DNA of 32,000 bases from Rummeliibacillus stabekisii (GTDB taxonomy: Bacteria; Bacillota; Bacilli; Bacillales_A; Planococcaceae): positions 66,625 to 98,624 of the forward strand of contig NZ_BJVD01000007.1 in assembly GCF_007988965.1 (NCBI RefSeq). The letters are read 5' to 3'. The notes under the pieces were generated by a model. It did no database searches. It had not been told where the DNA came from and was given only the letters and a program-made list of their open reading frames with translations. A program made the translations under genes and the position numbers. Shown here in pieces: positions 24,514 through 32,000 of the stretch (its first letter is position 1; every line of letters begins with the position of its first letter).

Positions 24514-25626
24514 TTGAATATAGAACAAGTTAAGATCCGCCAATTAAAAATGCGGATGAAATCTCCTTTTAAAACCAGCTTTGGTAGCGTGCAGGATAAA
24601 CAATTTCTTATTCTTGAAGCAAGGGATCGAGATGGTCTTATCGGATATGGAGAAGGCGTCGCATTTGAAGTGCCTTGGTATACGGAAGAGACGATGAAAA
24701 CGAGCTGGCATGTACTAGAGGATTTTCTACTACCGCTTATTATGGGCAAAGAGATTCATCACCCGGATATGGTCAGCGAAATCTTTAGCAGTATCCGTCG
24801 TAACAGCATGGCTAAGGCTACGTTGGAAACCGCGATATGGGATCTTTATGCTAAGAAGCAATCTATTCCTCTTGCAACAGCTTTAGGCGGTCAAAAAGAA
24901 AAGGTGGCTGTTGGAGTGAGTATCGGCATACAGCCTACACATCAGCAGCTTTATCAAAAAATTGAGGATGCTTTAGAAGCTGGCTATCAGCGTATAAAGG
25001 TGAAAATTAAACCAGGCGAGGATATTGCACTGCTTAATGCGATTAGAAATGAATATCCAGATGTCCCTTTAATGGCGGATGCCAATTCATGTTATACGCT
25101 TAATGATTTAGCATTGCTTCAAGAACTAGATCAATATGGTTTGTTGATGATTGAACAGCCGCTAGGCGCAAATGATATTGTGCAGCATGCGAAGCTTCAA
25201 AGTCAGTTAAAAACACCTATCTGTCTAGATGAAAGCATCACTTCATACGAAGATGCTGAGGCAGCGATTGATCTTGGAAGCTGTAAAGTGATGAACATCA
25301 AATATGCCCGAGTAGGCGGCCTGACGGAAGCAAAACGTATCCATGATTTGTGTGCTAAACATGAGATGGCAGTATGGTGCGGTGGTATGCTTGAGGCGGG
25401 TATCGGAAGGGCACACGCTATCGCCTTATCTACGCTGGCTAATTTTACGCTGCCAGGAGATACAGCAGGCTCTGCACATTACTGGGAAGAGGACATCATC
25501 ACACCTGAAATTACGGTGAAAAATGGCTATATTAGCATTTCAAAAGAACGGGGAATAGGCTATGAAATCAATCATTCTGCGATTGAACGTTATACAGTGA
25601 AGGAAAAGGTTTATCGTGCGAAATGA
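24514..25626 (+). CDS. Enolase-superfamily o-succinylbenzoate synthase / N-succinylamino acid racemase (NSAR/OSBS)
   Basis: MLE-subgroup catalytic set is visible: KVKIK (KxK), MADAN (Asp ligand), IEQP (Glu), LDES (Asp) and MNIK (second Lys). The TTG at 24514, 8 nt after AGGTGA, is preferred over the ORF-track GTG at 24502. Confidence 0.8.
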   Translation: MNIEQVKIRQLKMRMKSPFKTSFGSVQDKQFLILEARDRDGLIGYGEGVAFEVPWYTEETMKTSWHVLEDFLLPLIMGKEIHHPDMVSEIFSSIRRNSMAKATLETAIWDLYAKKQSIPLATALGGQKEKVAVGVSIGIQPTHQQLYQKIEDALEAGYQRIKVKIKPGEDIALLNAIRNEYPDVPLMADANSCYTLNDLALLQELDQYGLLMIEQPLGANDIVQHAKLQSQLKTPICLDESITSYEDAEAAIDLGSCKVMNIKYARVGGLTEAKRIHDLCAKHEMAVWCGGMLEAGIGRAHAIALSTLANFTLPGDTAGSAHYWEEDIITPEITVKNGYISISKERGIGYEINHSAIERYTVKEKVYRAK

Positions 25627-25755
25627 TGATGACTTGTTCCTGTTTTCCTGGCTATGGACAGGGAACATCTTTTTTGTGCGAATCTAGCGACTATATGTTA
25701 TCTTTTTGATAAAATAAAAAAAGAATCGGTAATTCATTTTGGGAGGAATATATAC

Positions 25756-26682
25756 ATGAGTAACGTCCTAGTATTCGGACATAAAAACCCTGATACAGAT
25801 ACAATTACATCTGCATTAGTGTATGCATATTTAAAACAACAAATCGGCGTCGATGCTGAAGCTGTTCGCTTAGGTGAGCTAAACAATGAAACGGCTTATG
25901 CACTAGAAAAATTCGGCTTTGATGCACCCCGCTTGATTGAAAAAGCGACACCAGAAGTACAACAGGTCATTTTAGTCGACCACAATGAGCGCCAACAATC
26001 TGTAACTGATATAGAAGAAGTACAAGTACTTGAAGTAATCGATCACCACCGTATCGCGAACTTCGAAACGGCTGATCCTTTGTATTACCGTGCTGAGCCA
26101 GTTGGATGTACAGCAACCATCTTAAATAAAATCTTTAAAGAAAAAAATGTAGAAGTTCCTGCAAACTACGCAGGTTTAATGCTTTCTGCTATCATTTCTG
26201 ATACATTGCTATTTAAATCACCTACCTGCACAGAAGAAGATGTGCAAGCAGCGAAAGAATTAGCAGAAAAAGCAAATGTGAATGCAGAAGAATATGGACT
26301 TGCTATGTTGAAAGCAGGTGCCGACCTAAGTGATAAAACATTGGAAGACTTATTATCATTAGATGCGAAAGAATTCGCAATGGGCGACCATAAAGTTGTG
26401 ATTGCACAAGTAAACGCAGTAGATATCAACGATGTATTTGATCGCCAAGAAGAGTTAGAAAAATTGTTAGAAAAAGAAGTACAAGATAAAGAGTTAGATT
26501 TATTCTTCTTTGTAGTCACAGACATTCTAAACAATGACTCTGTTGCTGTACCGGTTGGTAAGGTTGCAGATAAAGCTGCTCCTGCATTCCGTTCAGTGCT
26601 AGAAAACAACCGTATTGTATTAAAAGGTGTTGTATCACGTAAAAAACAAATCGTCCCAACACTAACTGAAGTATTAGGCTAA
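25756..26682 (+). CDS. ppaC: Manganese-dependent inorganic pyrophosphatase (family II, DHH)
   Basis: RBS GGGAGG at 25741. [26 protein letters not shown] and DHHA2-type C-terminal domain motifs. 308 aa, matching PpaC length. The ORF-track start at 25654 adds an unsupported 34-aa leader. Confidence 0.92.
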   Translation: MSNVLVFGHKNPDTDTITSALVYAYLKQQIGVDAEAVRLGELNNETAYALEKFGFDAPRLIEKATPEVQQVILVDHNERQQSVTDIEEVQVLEVIDHHRIANFETADPLYYRAEPVGCTATILNKIFKEKNVEVPANYAGLMLSAIISDTLLFKSPTCTEEDVQAAKELAEKANVNAEEYGLAMLKAGADLSDKTLEDLLSLDAKEFAMGDHKVVIAQVNAVDINDVFDRQEELEKLLEKEVQDKELDLFFFVVTDILNNDSVAVPVGKVADKAAPAFRSVLENNRIVLKGVVSRKKQIVPTLTEVLG

Positions 26683-26686
26683 AAAT

Positions 26687-26730
26687 AAAGAGCTGACTCC
26701 CTGGAACAAGAGAGTCAGCTCTTTTTTATA
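26687..26730. terminator. Bidirectional terminator between ppaC and the convergent FAD/Rieske gene
   Basis: Perfect 13-bp stem AAAGAGCTGACTC / GAGTCAGCTCTTT, flanked by an A-run upstream and TTTTTAT downstream. Confidence 0.85.
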
Positions 26731-26740
26731 AGATCAATCA

Positions 26741-28111
26741 TCACAATTCAAGCGGGTCAACGGCAGGGCCTTCTATAACCAAGCCCTCTTTTGAAAAACG
26801 GGATCCATGACACGGACAATCCCACGTTTCATCCGCTTCATTCCATCTGGTTTTACAGCCCATATGTGTACAGCGAGGAGTAGAAGTTCGAGTGATATAG
26901 CCACCTACAAAATCAACTGCTACTTGGCTGCCGATTTTTAAAGCTTGTGCGAGTGCAGTGCCTAGCTTTGTATGGCTAGGCGAATAAAGATCTAAGCCCT
27001 TGTTTGGGGTACCTAATATGCCATCGCTAATTAGCTGTCCTGTGACAAGAGAGTTGGAGATTCCCCATTTTCTAAAACCTGTCGCAATCCAGACGTGTGG
27101 AGTCCCAGAGCCAAGATGTCCAACATATGGAAGTAAGTCAGGTGTCTCAGGGTCCTGTGCCGACCATTTAAAAGGAATATCTTTTGCATCGAATCTGTCA
27201 TGTCCCTCTGCTTCAATCTCATCATAATATTTATACGTATCCGATTTAGTGCCTGCTTTATGACTTGGCCCTGCAAGCAACAAATAATTTTCACCGTCAA
27301 TCAGTGCTGTTCGTATAGATCTTACAGCGGTATCAACTGAAAGATATTGCCCTTTATAAGGGTCGGGTGTTTTAAAAGCAATAATATAAGAACGATTGAT
27401 TTCTAATTTAAATAAATGCAGTCCCCTAAGTGCTTCAATGGGGTAATGAGATGCAATGACTAAATCTTTGCATGAAACCGTATGTCCGCTATGTGTTGTC
27501 GCCTTTTTATTTTGAATATCCACATGCTGAACTCGCGTATGCTCATAAACCTTCGTTCCTGCAGCCATGGCTTTAGCAAGCATTTCACGACCAAAACGAA
27601 CAGGATGGATTTGGGCTTGCTCTGCCATTGAAACAGACAATTTCGTTGGATAAGGGATTTCACTCTTCGGATTCATTGTGCCAGCAATATTCAACTGTTT
27701 ATAGGCATCCCATTCGTCTTCCAGCTTCTTTCTATTAAACTCTTCCTGTGTATACAGGATAGATGTAGAGGGCTGGATGACATCTGAGCCTACTAAATCG
27801 AATCCCGAAGAAACAGCCTTTTGGTTGAGTTTATAGTAAAGAGAAGCCCCATCACTTCCGAATTGCTTGATCAGTGTTTGATAGATGGCACCGTGCTGAG
27901 CTGTCAGTTTCCCGGTAGAATGGCCGGTTGCACCTCCCAATACGGAATCTCCTTCTAGCAATACTACGTCTTTTCCTGCTTTAGACAGATGATAGGCAGT
28001 CATTATGCCACTTAATCCGCCACCAATAATACATACATCTGTTTCGATTGATTCGCCAAGTGCAGCTTTTGAATGCTCTGTTGGTTGTTGTAGCCAAAGT
28101 GATTTATACAT
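26741..28111 (-). CDS. FAD-dependent oxidoreductase fused to a C-terminal Rieske [2Fe-2S] domain (YhfW-like)
   Basis: RBS AGGAG. N-terminal dinucleotide fold DVCIIGGGLSGIMTA. C-terminal Rieske ligands CTHMGC ... CPCHGS. Confidence 0.8.
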   Translation of the reverse strand: MYKSLWLQQPTEHSKAALGESIETDVCIIGGGLSGIMTAYHLSKAGKDVVLLEGDSVLGGATGHSTGKLTAQHGAIYQTLIKQFGSDGASLYYKLNQKAVSSGFDLVGSDVIQPSTSILYTQEEFNRKKLEDEWDAYKQLNIAGTMNPKSEIPYPTKLSVSMAEQAQIHPVRFGREMLAKAMAAGTKVYEHTRVQHVDIQNKKATTHSGHTVSCKDLVIASHYPIEALRGLHLFKLEINRSYIIAFKTPDPYKGQYLSVDTAVRSIRTALIDGENYLLLAGPSHKAGTKSDTYKYYDEIEAEGHDRFDAKDIPFKWSAQDPETPDLLPYVGHLGSGTPHVWIATGFRKWGISNSLVTGQLISDGILGTPNKGLDLYSPSHTKLGTALAQALKIGSQVAVDFVGGYITRTSTPRCTHMGCKTRWNEADETWDCPCHGSRFSKEGLVIEGPAVDPLEL

Positions 28112-28247
28112 ATATAATCTCCTGTTTTTTCCTAGGTTGTGTTATTCATATGAAGTTTAAACATTTAGTTGTCATGGATTGAACGGCCGGGCAATAAAAT
28201 TGCCTTTTGAATGAAGTGATAGATACAATAGAGGCGAGGTGATCATG

Positions 28248-28955
28248 ATGAAAATAGAAGTTTGGTCAGATTATGTATGTCCATTTTGTTATATAGGTAA
28301 ACGAGAATTAGAGAATGCATTGAATAAAACAGGATTTAAGGATCAAGTGGAAGTTGTCTTTAAAGGCTACCAGCTTAGTCCTGAATCGAAAGATACATCA
28401 GATGAAAGCATGTATGAAGTCGTTGCAAAGAAATATGGCACGACAGTAGAACAAGCAAAAATTCAATCACAAGGCATCATTGCCCGTGCGAAGGAATTGG
28501 GCTTGGATTATGATTACGACCACTTAAAACCTGCGAATACATTTAAGGCACATCGCCTTGCAAAATATGCAGCAACCAAAGGGTTAGGGGCCGAAATGAG
28601 CGAGCGTTTGCTTCGTGCCTATTTTATCGAAGCGAAGGAAATTGGCTTAACGGATACATTAGTTGAGTTGGCCGCAGAAGTAGGTATCGAACGCAAGGAC
28701 GCAGAGGAAGTCTTGGCAAATGGCTCATTCGCTGACGACGTATTGCGAGATATACAAGAAGCAGCCCAAATTGGCGTAAGAGGGGTTCCATTCTTTGTGT
28801 TGAATGGGAAGTATGCGATCTCAGGAGCTCAACCTAATGAAGTGTTCGAAAAAGCAATTCAACAAGTCGCAGAGGAAGAAAATCTTCGTCCTACATTAAA
28901 AATGATGGGGCAAGATGGCCAGGGAATATGCACAGACGATCATTGTGATTTCTAA
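28248..28955 (+). CDS. DsbA-family thiol oxidoreductase (FrnE-like)
   Basis: MKIEVWSDYVCPFCYIG with a CPFC active site. The RBS GAGGTGA lies 6 nt upstream of the ATG at 28248. Alternative starts are 28245 and 28239. Confidence 0.8.
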   Translation: MKIEVWSDYVCPFCYIGKRELENALNKTGFKDQVEVVFKGYQLSPESKDTSDESMYEVVAKKYGTTVEQAKIQSQGIIARAKELGLDYDYDHLKPANTFKAHRLAKYAATKGLGAEMSERLLRAYFIEAKEIGLTDTLVELAAEVGIERKDAEEVLANGSFADDVLRDIQEAAQIGVRGVPFFVLNGKYAISGAQPNEVFEKAIQQVAEEENLRPTLKMMGQDGQGICTDDHCDF

Positions 28956-28975
28956 AAATTTCAGTCAAAAGTATG

Positions 28976-29010
28976 AAAACCCATTCGTTGACTTCGGATG
29001 GGTTTTACAT
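28976..29010 (+). terminator. Terminator after the DsbA-like gene
   Basis: AAAACCCATTCG / CGGATGGGTTTT stem with one G-U pair, followed by only a 4-nt T-run. Confidence 0.6.
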
Positions 29011-29021
29011 TAAAATTAAAA

Positions 29022-29043
29022 TATCTTGAATTTGAGATATAAT
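29022..29043. promoter_or_regulatory. Inverted repeat TATCTTGAA-TTTGAGATA overlapping the TATAAT -10 of azoR (MhqR-type operator candidate)
   Basis: The 18-bp imperfect palindrome is at 29022-29039 and the -10 TATAAT at 29038-29043. It matches 16/18 to the B. subtilis MhqR operator as I recall it (TATCTCGAA-TTCGAGATA). Confidence 0.5.
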
Positions 29044-29070
29044 ATTACACGAAAAGAGAGTGTGTGACTA

Positions 29071-29718
29071 ATGACAAACGTATTAGTTGTTAAAGCAAAT
29101 AACCGCCCAGCGGATCAAGCTATATCAAGCAAAATGTATGAAACATTTATGGAAACTTTAAAAGGTTCTGATTTAAATGTGACTGTATATGACGTATATG
29201 AAGAAGATACTCCTTATTTCGGTCAAGATTTACTAGATGCTTTTGGTAAATTGCAAAATGGTGAAGAGTTGTCTGAGCTTCAACAACGTACACTTGCTGC
29301 TAAACAAAAAGCAATGGACGCACTTACAGCTGCTGATGTAGTCGTATTTGCATTCCCTCTATGGAACTTGACTATTCCTGCTAAATTACAAACTTTCATC
29401 GACTATGTATATGCAGCTGGTTTTGCATTCAAATACGATGAAGCAGGTAATATGATTAGCCTAATGCCTGAGAAAAAAGCTATCTTGCTAAACGCACGTG
29501 GTGGCATTTATTCTACTCCAGAAATGGCATCTATGGAAATGGCTGTTAACTATATGCGTAATGTATTTGGCGGCGTTTTCGGTATGGACATTATCGAAGA
29601 AGTTGTTATCGAAGGTCATAATGCAATGCCTGCTAAAGCACAAGAAATCATCGCTGACGGTTTAGAAGAAGTTAAAGCAGCAGCTAATCGTTTAGTTGAA
29701 ATGGCTGTTAAAGCGTAA
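29071..29718 (+). CDS. azoR: FMN-dependent NADH-azoreductase
   Basis: RBS AAGAGAG. About 210-aa flavodoxin-like fold. VVFAFPLWNLTIPAKLQTFIDYV is the typical AzoR/AcpD motif. Confidence 0.85.
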   Translation: MTNVLVVKANNRPADQAISSKMYETFMETLKGSDLNVTVYDVYEEDTPYFGQDLLDAFGKLQNGEELSELQQRTLAAKQKAMDALTAADVVVFAFPLWNLTIPAKLQTFIDYVYAAGFAFKYDEAGNMISLMPEKKAILLNARGGIYSTPEMASMEMAVNYMRNVFGGVFGMDIIEEVVIEGHNAMPAKAQEIIADGLEEVKAAANRLVEMAVKA

Positions 29719-29744
29719 GCAACAAGTTAGAAATAGAACAATAA

Positions 29745-29795
29745 AAAGCACCTCCTATGTTAGAGATAACTCTAGCTTTGGGGGTGCTTTACTTA
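29745..29795. terminator. Bidirectional terminator between azoR and the convergent DUF2500 gene
   Basis: AAAGCACCTCC / GGGGGTGCTTT outer stem. The U-tract is better on the minus strand (TTTTTATTG). Confidence 0.65.
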
Positions 29796-29817
29796 TTATT
29801 GAACGGTTAGGGCTAAA

Positions 29818-30183
29818 TTACAGTTTTCGTTCAAATTGATGATAGCGCGTTCCCTGGTATGTCAGCGTACCATTGTCTCCTTCAACAAAAGAACCATATA
29901 CTTTACCGCTCACCCGCAATTCAACTCGTTCTCCGTTTTCTAATTCAAATGTCGCATAGTAGCTTGTGCTGGCACTTGTATCATGTCCTCCGCCGCTAAC
30001 TTCGGTACGTTTGGCTACGATTGCAGCAGGAACAGTGAGGATAGGTGAGTTATTATTCGTTGTCCACGTGTTCAGCCCCTTGGCTGCACTGATAATTAAA
30101 ATACCGATTACAATCACAAAACCAATGCCAACGATAATCGGTACAATCGTAAATAAGCTAAATCCTTGTTCTTCTAATATCAT
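29818..30183 (-). CDS. DUF2500-family membrane-anchored protein
   Basis: N-terminal TM helix followed by a beta-rich domain. The pattern YYATFELENGERVELRVSGKVYG...GTLTYQGTRY is typical of DUF2500. The ATG at 30183, 6 nt after AAGGGGTG, is preferred over the GTG at 30192. Confidence 0.7.
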   Translation of the reverse strand: MILEEQGFSLFTIVPIIVGIGFVIVIGILIISAAKGLNTWTTNNNSPILTVPAAIVAKRTEVSGGGHDTSASTSYYATFELENGERVELRVSGKVYGSFVEGDNGTLTYQGTRYHQFERKL

Positions 30184-30360
30184 TCCTGCCACCCCTTACA
30201 ATAATCCTATAATATGTATTTCAATTTATTATACGAATAGACCTAGAGAAAGTTTCAACCCATGTTCCGGTTGCTTTAGCCAAAGAATATTACTTGTAAA
30301 ATGGGCCTTCGTTATTCATACTTAGTTATGAATAAGTATGAAGGGAATGGACTTTCGGAG

Positions 30361-31275
30361 ATGAAAGAACAATGGATGAATGATTTAAAAACGATTGTAA
30401 ATCCCGATGATATCAAAATAGATGAACCACTTAATAAATACACAATGACAAAGCTAGGCGGCAATGCAGATTTGCTTGTTATGCCTTCCACTGAAGAAGA
30501 AGCGGCAGAAGTTGTCAAGTATGCCCACCAGCATGACGTACCTCTATTTCTATTAGGAAATGGATCAAACATGGTCATCCGTGACGGAGGCCTTCGTGGA
30601 ATTGTTCTAAACCTCTCTAAATTGGATGAAATCCGTATTGAAGGGACGACCGTGTATGCTCAAGCTGGAGCACTGATCATCGATGTATCAAGAGCAGCTG
30701 CCGCGCAATCATTGAGTGGCCTTGAATTTTCTTGCGGTATTCCAGGCTCAGTAGGTGGAGCGATGGCAATGAATGCAGGTGCATATGGCGGTGAAATTAA
30801 TGATGTAATCGTCAGCTGCAAGGTCATGACGCCAAGTGGCGATATATTAAACCTGACAAAGGAACAGTTAGAACTCGGCTATCGCCAAAGCATTATTGCG
30901 AAGAAGGGTTATTACGCGCTTTCTTCCATTTTTGAATTGAAGAAAGGCGACCAAGCAACTATTGATGAAACGATTGCTGATTTAACATACAAGCGAGAGT
31001 CGAAGCAGCCTCTTGAATTTCCTTCAGCAGGCAGTGTATTCAAACGCCCCCCAGGTCATTTTGCAGGCAAGCTAATTCAAGATAGTGGCTTGCAAGGTAA
31101 AGGTGTGGGTGGAGCAGAAGTATCCACAAAACATGCCGGCTTTATCATCAATAAAGGCAATGCGACAGCAACGGATTATATTGAGACAATCCGTATGGTT
31201 CAGCGTACTGTAAAAGAGAAATTCAACATAGATCTTGAAACAGAAGTTAAAATTGTCGGCGAGGATGTAAAATAA
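30361..31275 (+). CDS. murB: UDP-N-acetylenolpyruvoylglucosamine reductase
   Basis: FAD-binding LGNGSNMVIRDGG and catalytic-region SAGSVFKRPPGHFAGKLI. Starting at the ATG at 30361 gives 304 aa, collinear with Bacillus MurB. The exact start is uncertain because the RBS spacing is poor. Confidence 0.88.
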   Translation: MKEQWMNDLKTIVNPDDIKIDEPLNKYTMTKLGGNADLLVMPSTEEEAAEVVKYAHQHDVPLFLLGNGSNMVIRDGGLRGIVLNLSKLDEIRIEGTTVYAQAGALIIDVSRAAAAQSLSGLEFSCGIPGSVGGAMAMNAGAYGGEINDVIVSCKVMTPSGDILNLTKEQLELGYRQSIIAKKGYYALSSIFELKKGDQATIDETIADLTYKRESKQPLEFPSAGSVFKRPPGHFAGKLIQDSGLQGKGVGGAEVSTKHAGFIINKGNATATDYIETIRMVQRTVKEKFNIDLETEVKIVGEDVK

Positions 31276-31295
31276 GACTAGATATAATGTTAAGA

Positions 31296-31334
31296 AGACG
31301 CCTTCCGTTATACCATGGAGGGCGTCTATTTTTA
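31296..31334 (+). terminator. Rho-independent terminator after murB
   Basis: AGACGCCTTCC / GGAGGGCGTCT 11-bp stem with one G-U pair, followed by ATTTTTAT. Confidence 0.8.
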
Positions 31335-31441
31335 TAGATGGGTTAGCATGAAATAAACAGGGGAAATGTCTTTTCTAGTGAGGAATATTGTATTCTTCCA
31401 AAATCTATATTTTTTGAAGGAGTTTTATAGGATGAAATTTA

Positions 31442-32000
31442 TATCATGGAACGTCAATGGTATTCGCGCATGCTTGAAGAAAGGGTTTCTTGACTATTTT
31501 CATCAGGAAGAACCAGATTTTTTCTGCATCCAGGAAACAAAATGCCAAACTGGGCAAGTAGAGATCGATTTGCCTGGGTATTATCAATTTTGGAATGATG
31601 CGGAGAAAAAAGGGTATTCAGGAACAGCCATTTTTACTAAACATGAACCTTTATCAGTCAGTTATGGTGTTGGCGATGCGGACACACAAGACGAAGGCCG
31701 AATTATTACATTGGAATATGAAAACTTCTACTTAGTAAATGTATATACACCGAATTCGAAGCGGGATCTGGCTCGTTTGGAGTATAGGCTGCTGTGGGAA
31801 GATGAACTGCGTGCTTACTTAAAAGAGTTAGATGAAAAGAAACCTGTCATTTACTGTGGTGACTTGAATGTCGCACACCAATCAATCGATTTAAAAAACC
31901 CCAAAGCCAACATAGGGAACTCTGGTTTTACAGAAGAAGAAAGAGGCCGAATGACGAGACTATTAAACAGCGGCTTTGTCGATTCATTCCGCTCTGTTTA
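31442..32000 (+). CDS. exoA: Exodeoxyribonuclease III (AP endonuclease), 3'-truncated by the window edge
   Basis: It is absent from the ORF track because no stop occurs inside the window. RBS GAAGGAG at 31426. MKFISWNVNGIRA, FCIQETK and NVAHQSIDLKNP motifs of the Xth/ExoA family. Confidence 0.88.

Noticed and set aside
24514-25626. Calling the enolase-superfamily gene menC (menaquinone biosynthesis).
   Set aside because: There are no neighbouring men genes. Adjacency to an M20 amidohydrolase fits the N-succinylamino acid racemase context better. The symbol is left empty because sequence alone cannot separate OSBS from NSAR activity.
25654-25755. N-terminal extensions suggested by the longest-ORF track, for example ppaC from 25654, yclQ from 9541, yclO from 7813, yclN from 6861, PAP2 from 10673, MFS from 14105 and M20 from 23303.
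   Set aside because: In each case an internal ATG/TTG is preceded by a proper Shine-Dalgarno sequence. Each internal start also yields the canonical family N-terminus, such as a lipoprotein signal or the Ppa[10 protein letters not shown] start. The extensions have no RBS and overlap terminators, promoters or upstream genes.
1-32000. Search for mobile elements, prophage remnants, toxin-antitoxin pairs, restriction-modification or other defence islands, tRNA/rRNA genes and riboswitches.
   Set aside because: No ORF shows transposase, integrase, recombinase, nuclease-helicase or methyltransferase motifs. No terminal inverted repeats, att-like duplications, tRNA cloverleaf candidates or conserved riboswitch cores were recognised in any intergenic region. 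Apart from the local GC-rich patch in tatC, composition appears uniform.

Overview
The window looks like a chromosomal segment of a low-GC Firmicute. Gene content is Bacillaceae/Planococcaceae-like, with sigma-A type promoters, GGAGG-type RBSs and many rho-independent terminators. I support 30 protein-coding genes, and nearly all are housekeeping or transport genes. In order they are: a 5'-truncated putP, a VOC/glyoxalase-like protein, hflX, dtpT, a TM-helix-repeat membrane protein and a Fur-box-preceded yclNOPQ-like siderophore ABC importer. Next come a PAP2 phosphatase, a YeeE/YedE sulfur-transport protein, a YnfM-like MFS transporter, zupT, an orphan small membrane ORF, thrC-thrB and a NiaP-like MFS transporter. 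Then a Tat-signal small subunit plus GMC flavoprotein (gluconate-2-dehydrogenase-like) is followed directly by its own tatA-tatC. The remainder is an M20 amidohydrolase plus an enolase-superfamily N-succinylamino-acid racemase/OSBS, ppaC, a FAD/Rieske fusion oxidoreductase, a DsbA-like protein, azoR, a DUF2500 protein, murB and a 3'-truncated exoA. I found no rRNA, tRNA, CRISPR array, transposase, integrase, prophage or recognisable defence genes. I cannot honestly point to a novel multi-gene system. The most unusual object is a 447-bp non-coding higher-order tandem repeat at 22713-23159. It carries about 20 phased GAGTGNCCNNAAT cores on roughly 21-bp monomers nested in a 102-103-bp unit repeated four times. 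It lies between the tatC terminator and the M20/NSAR pair. Secondary points of interest are the self-contained Tat-export oxidoreductase module that lacks a cytochrome subunit, an ambiguous tatC start (acidic GC-rich N-terminal extension versus internal TTG start), an MhqR-like operator over the azoR promoter, a perfect 14-bp palindrome in the NiaP-like leader, and tandem Fur boxes. All calls come from reading the sequence and recalling family motifs. No searches were run.
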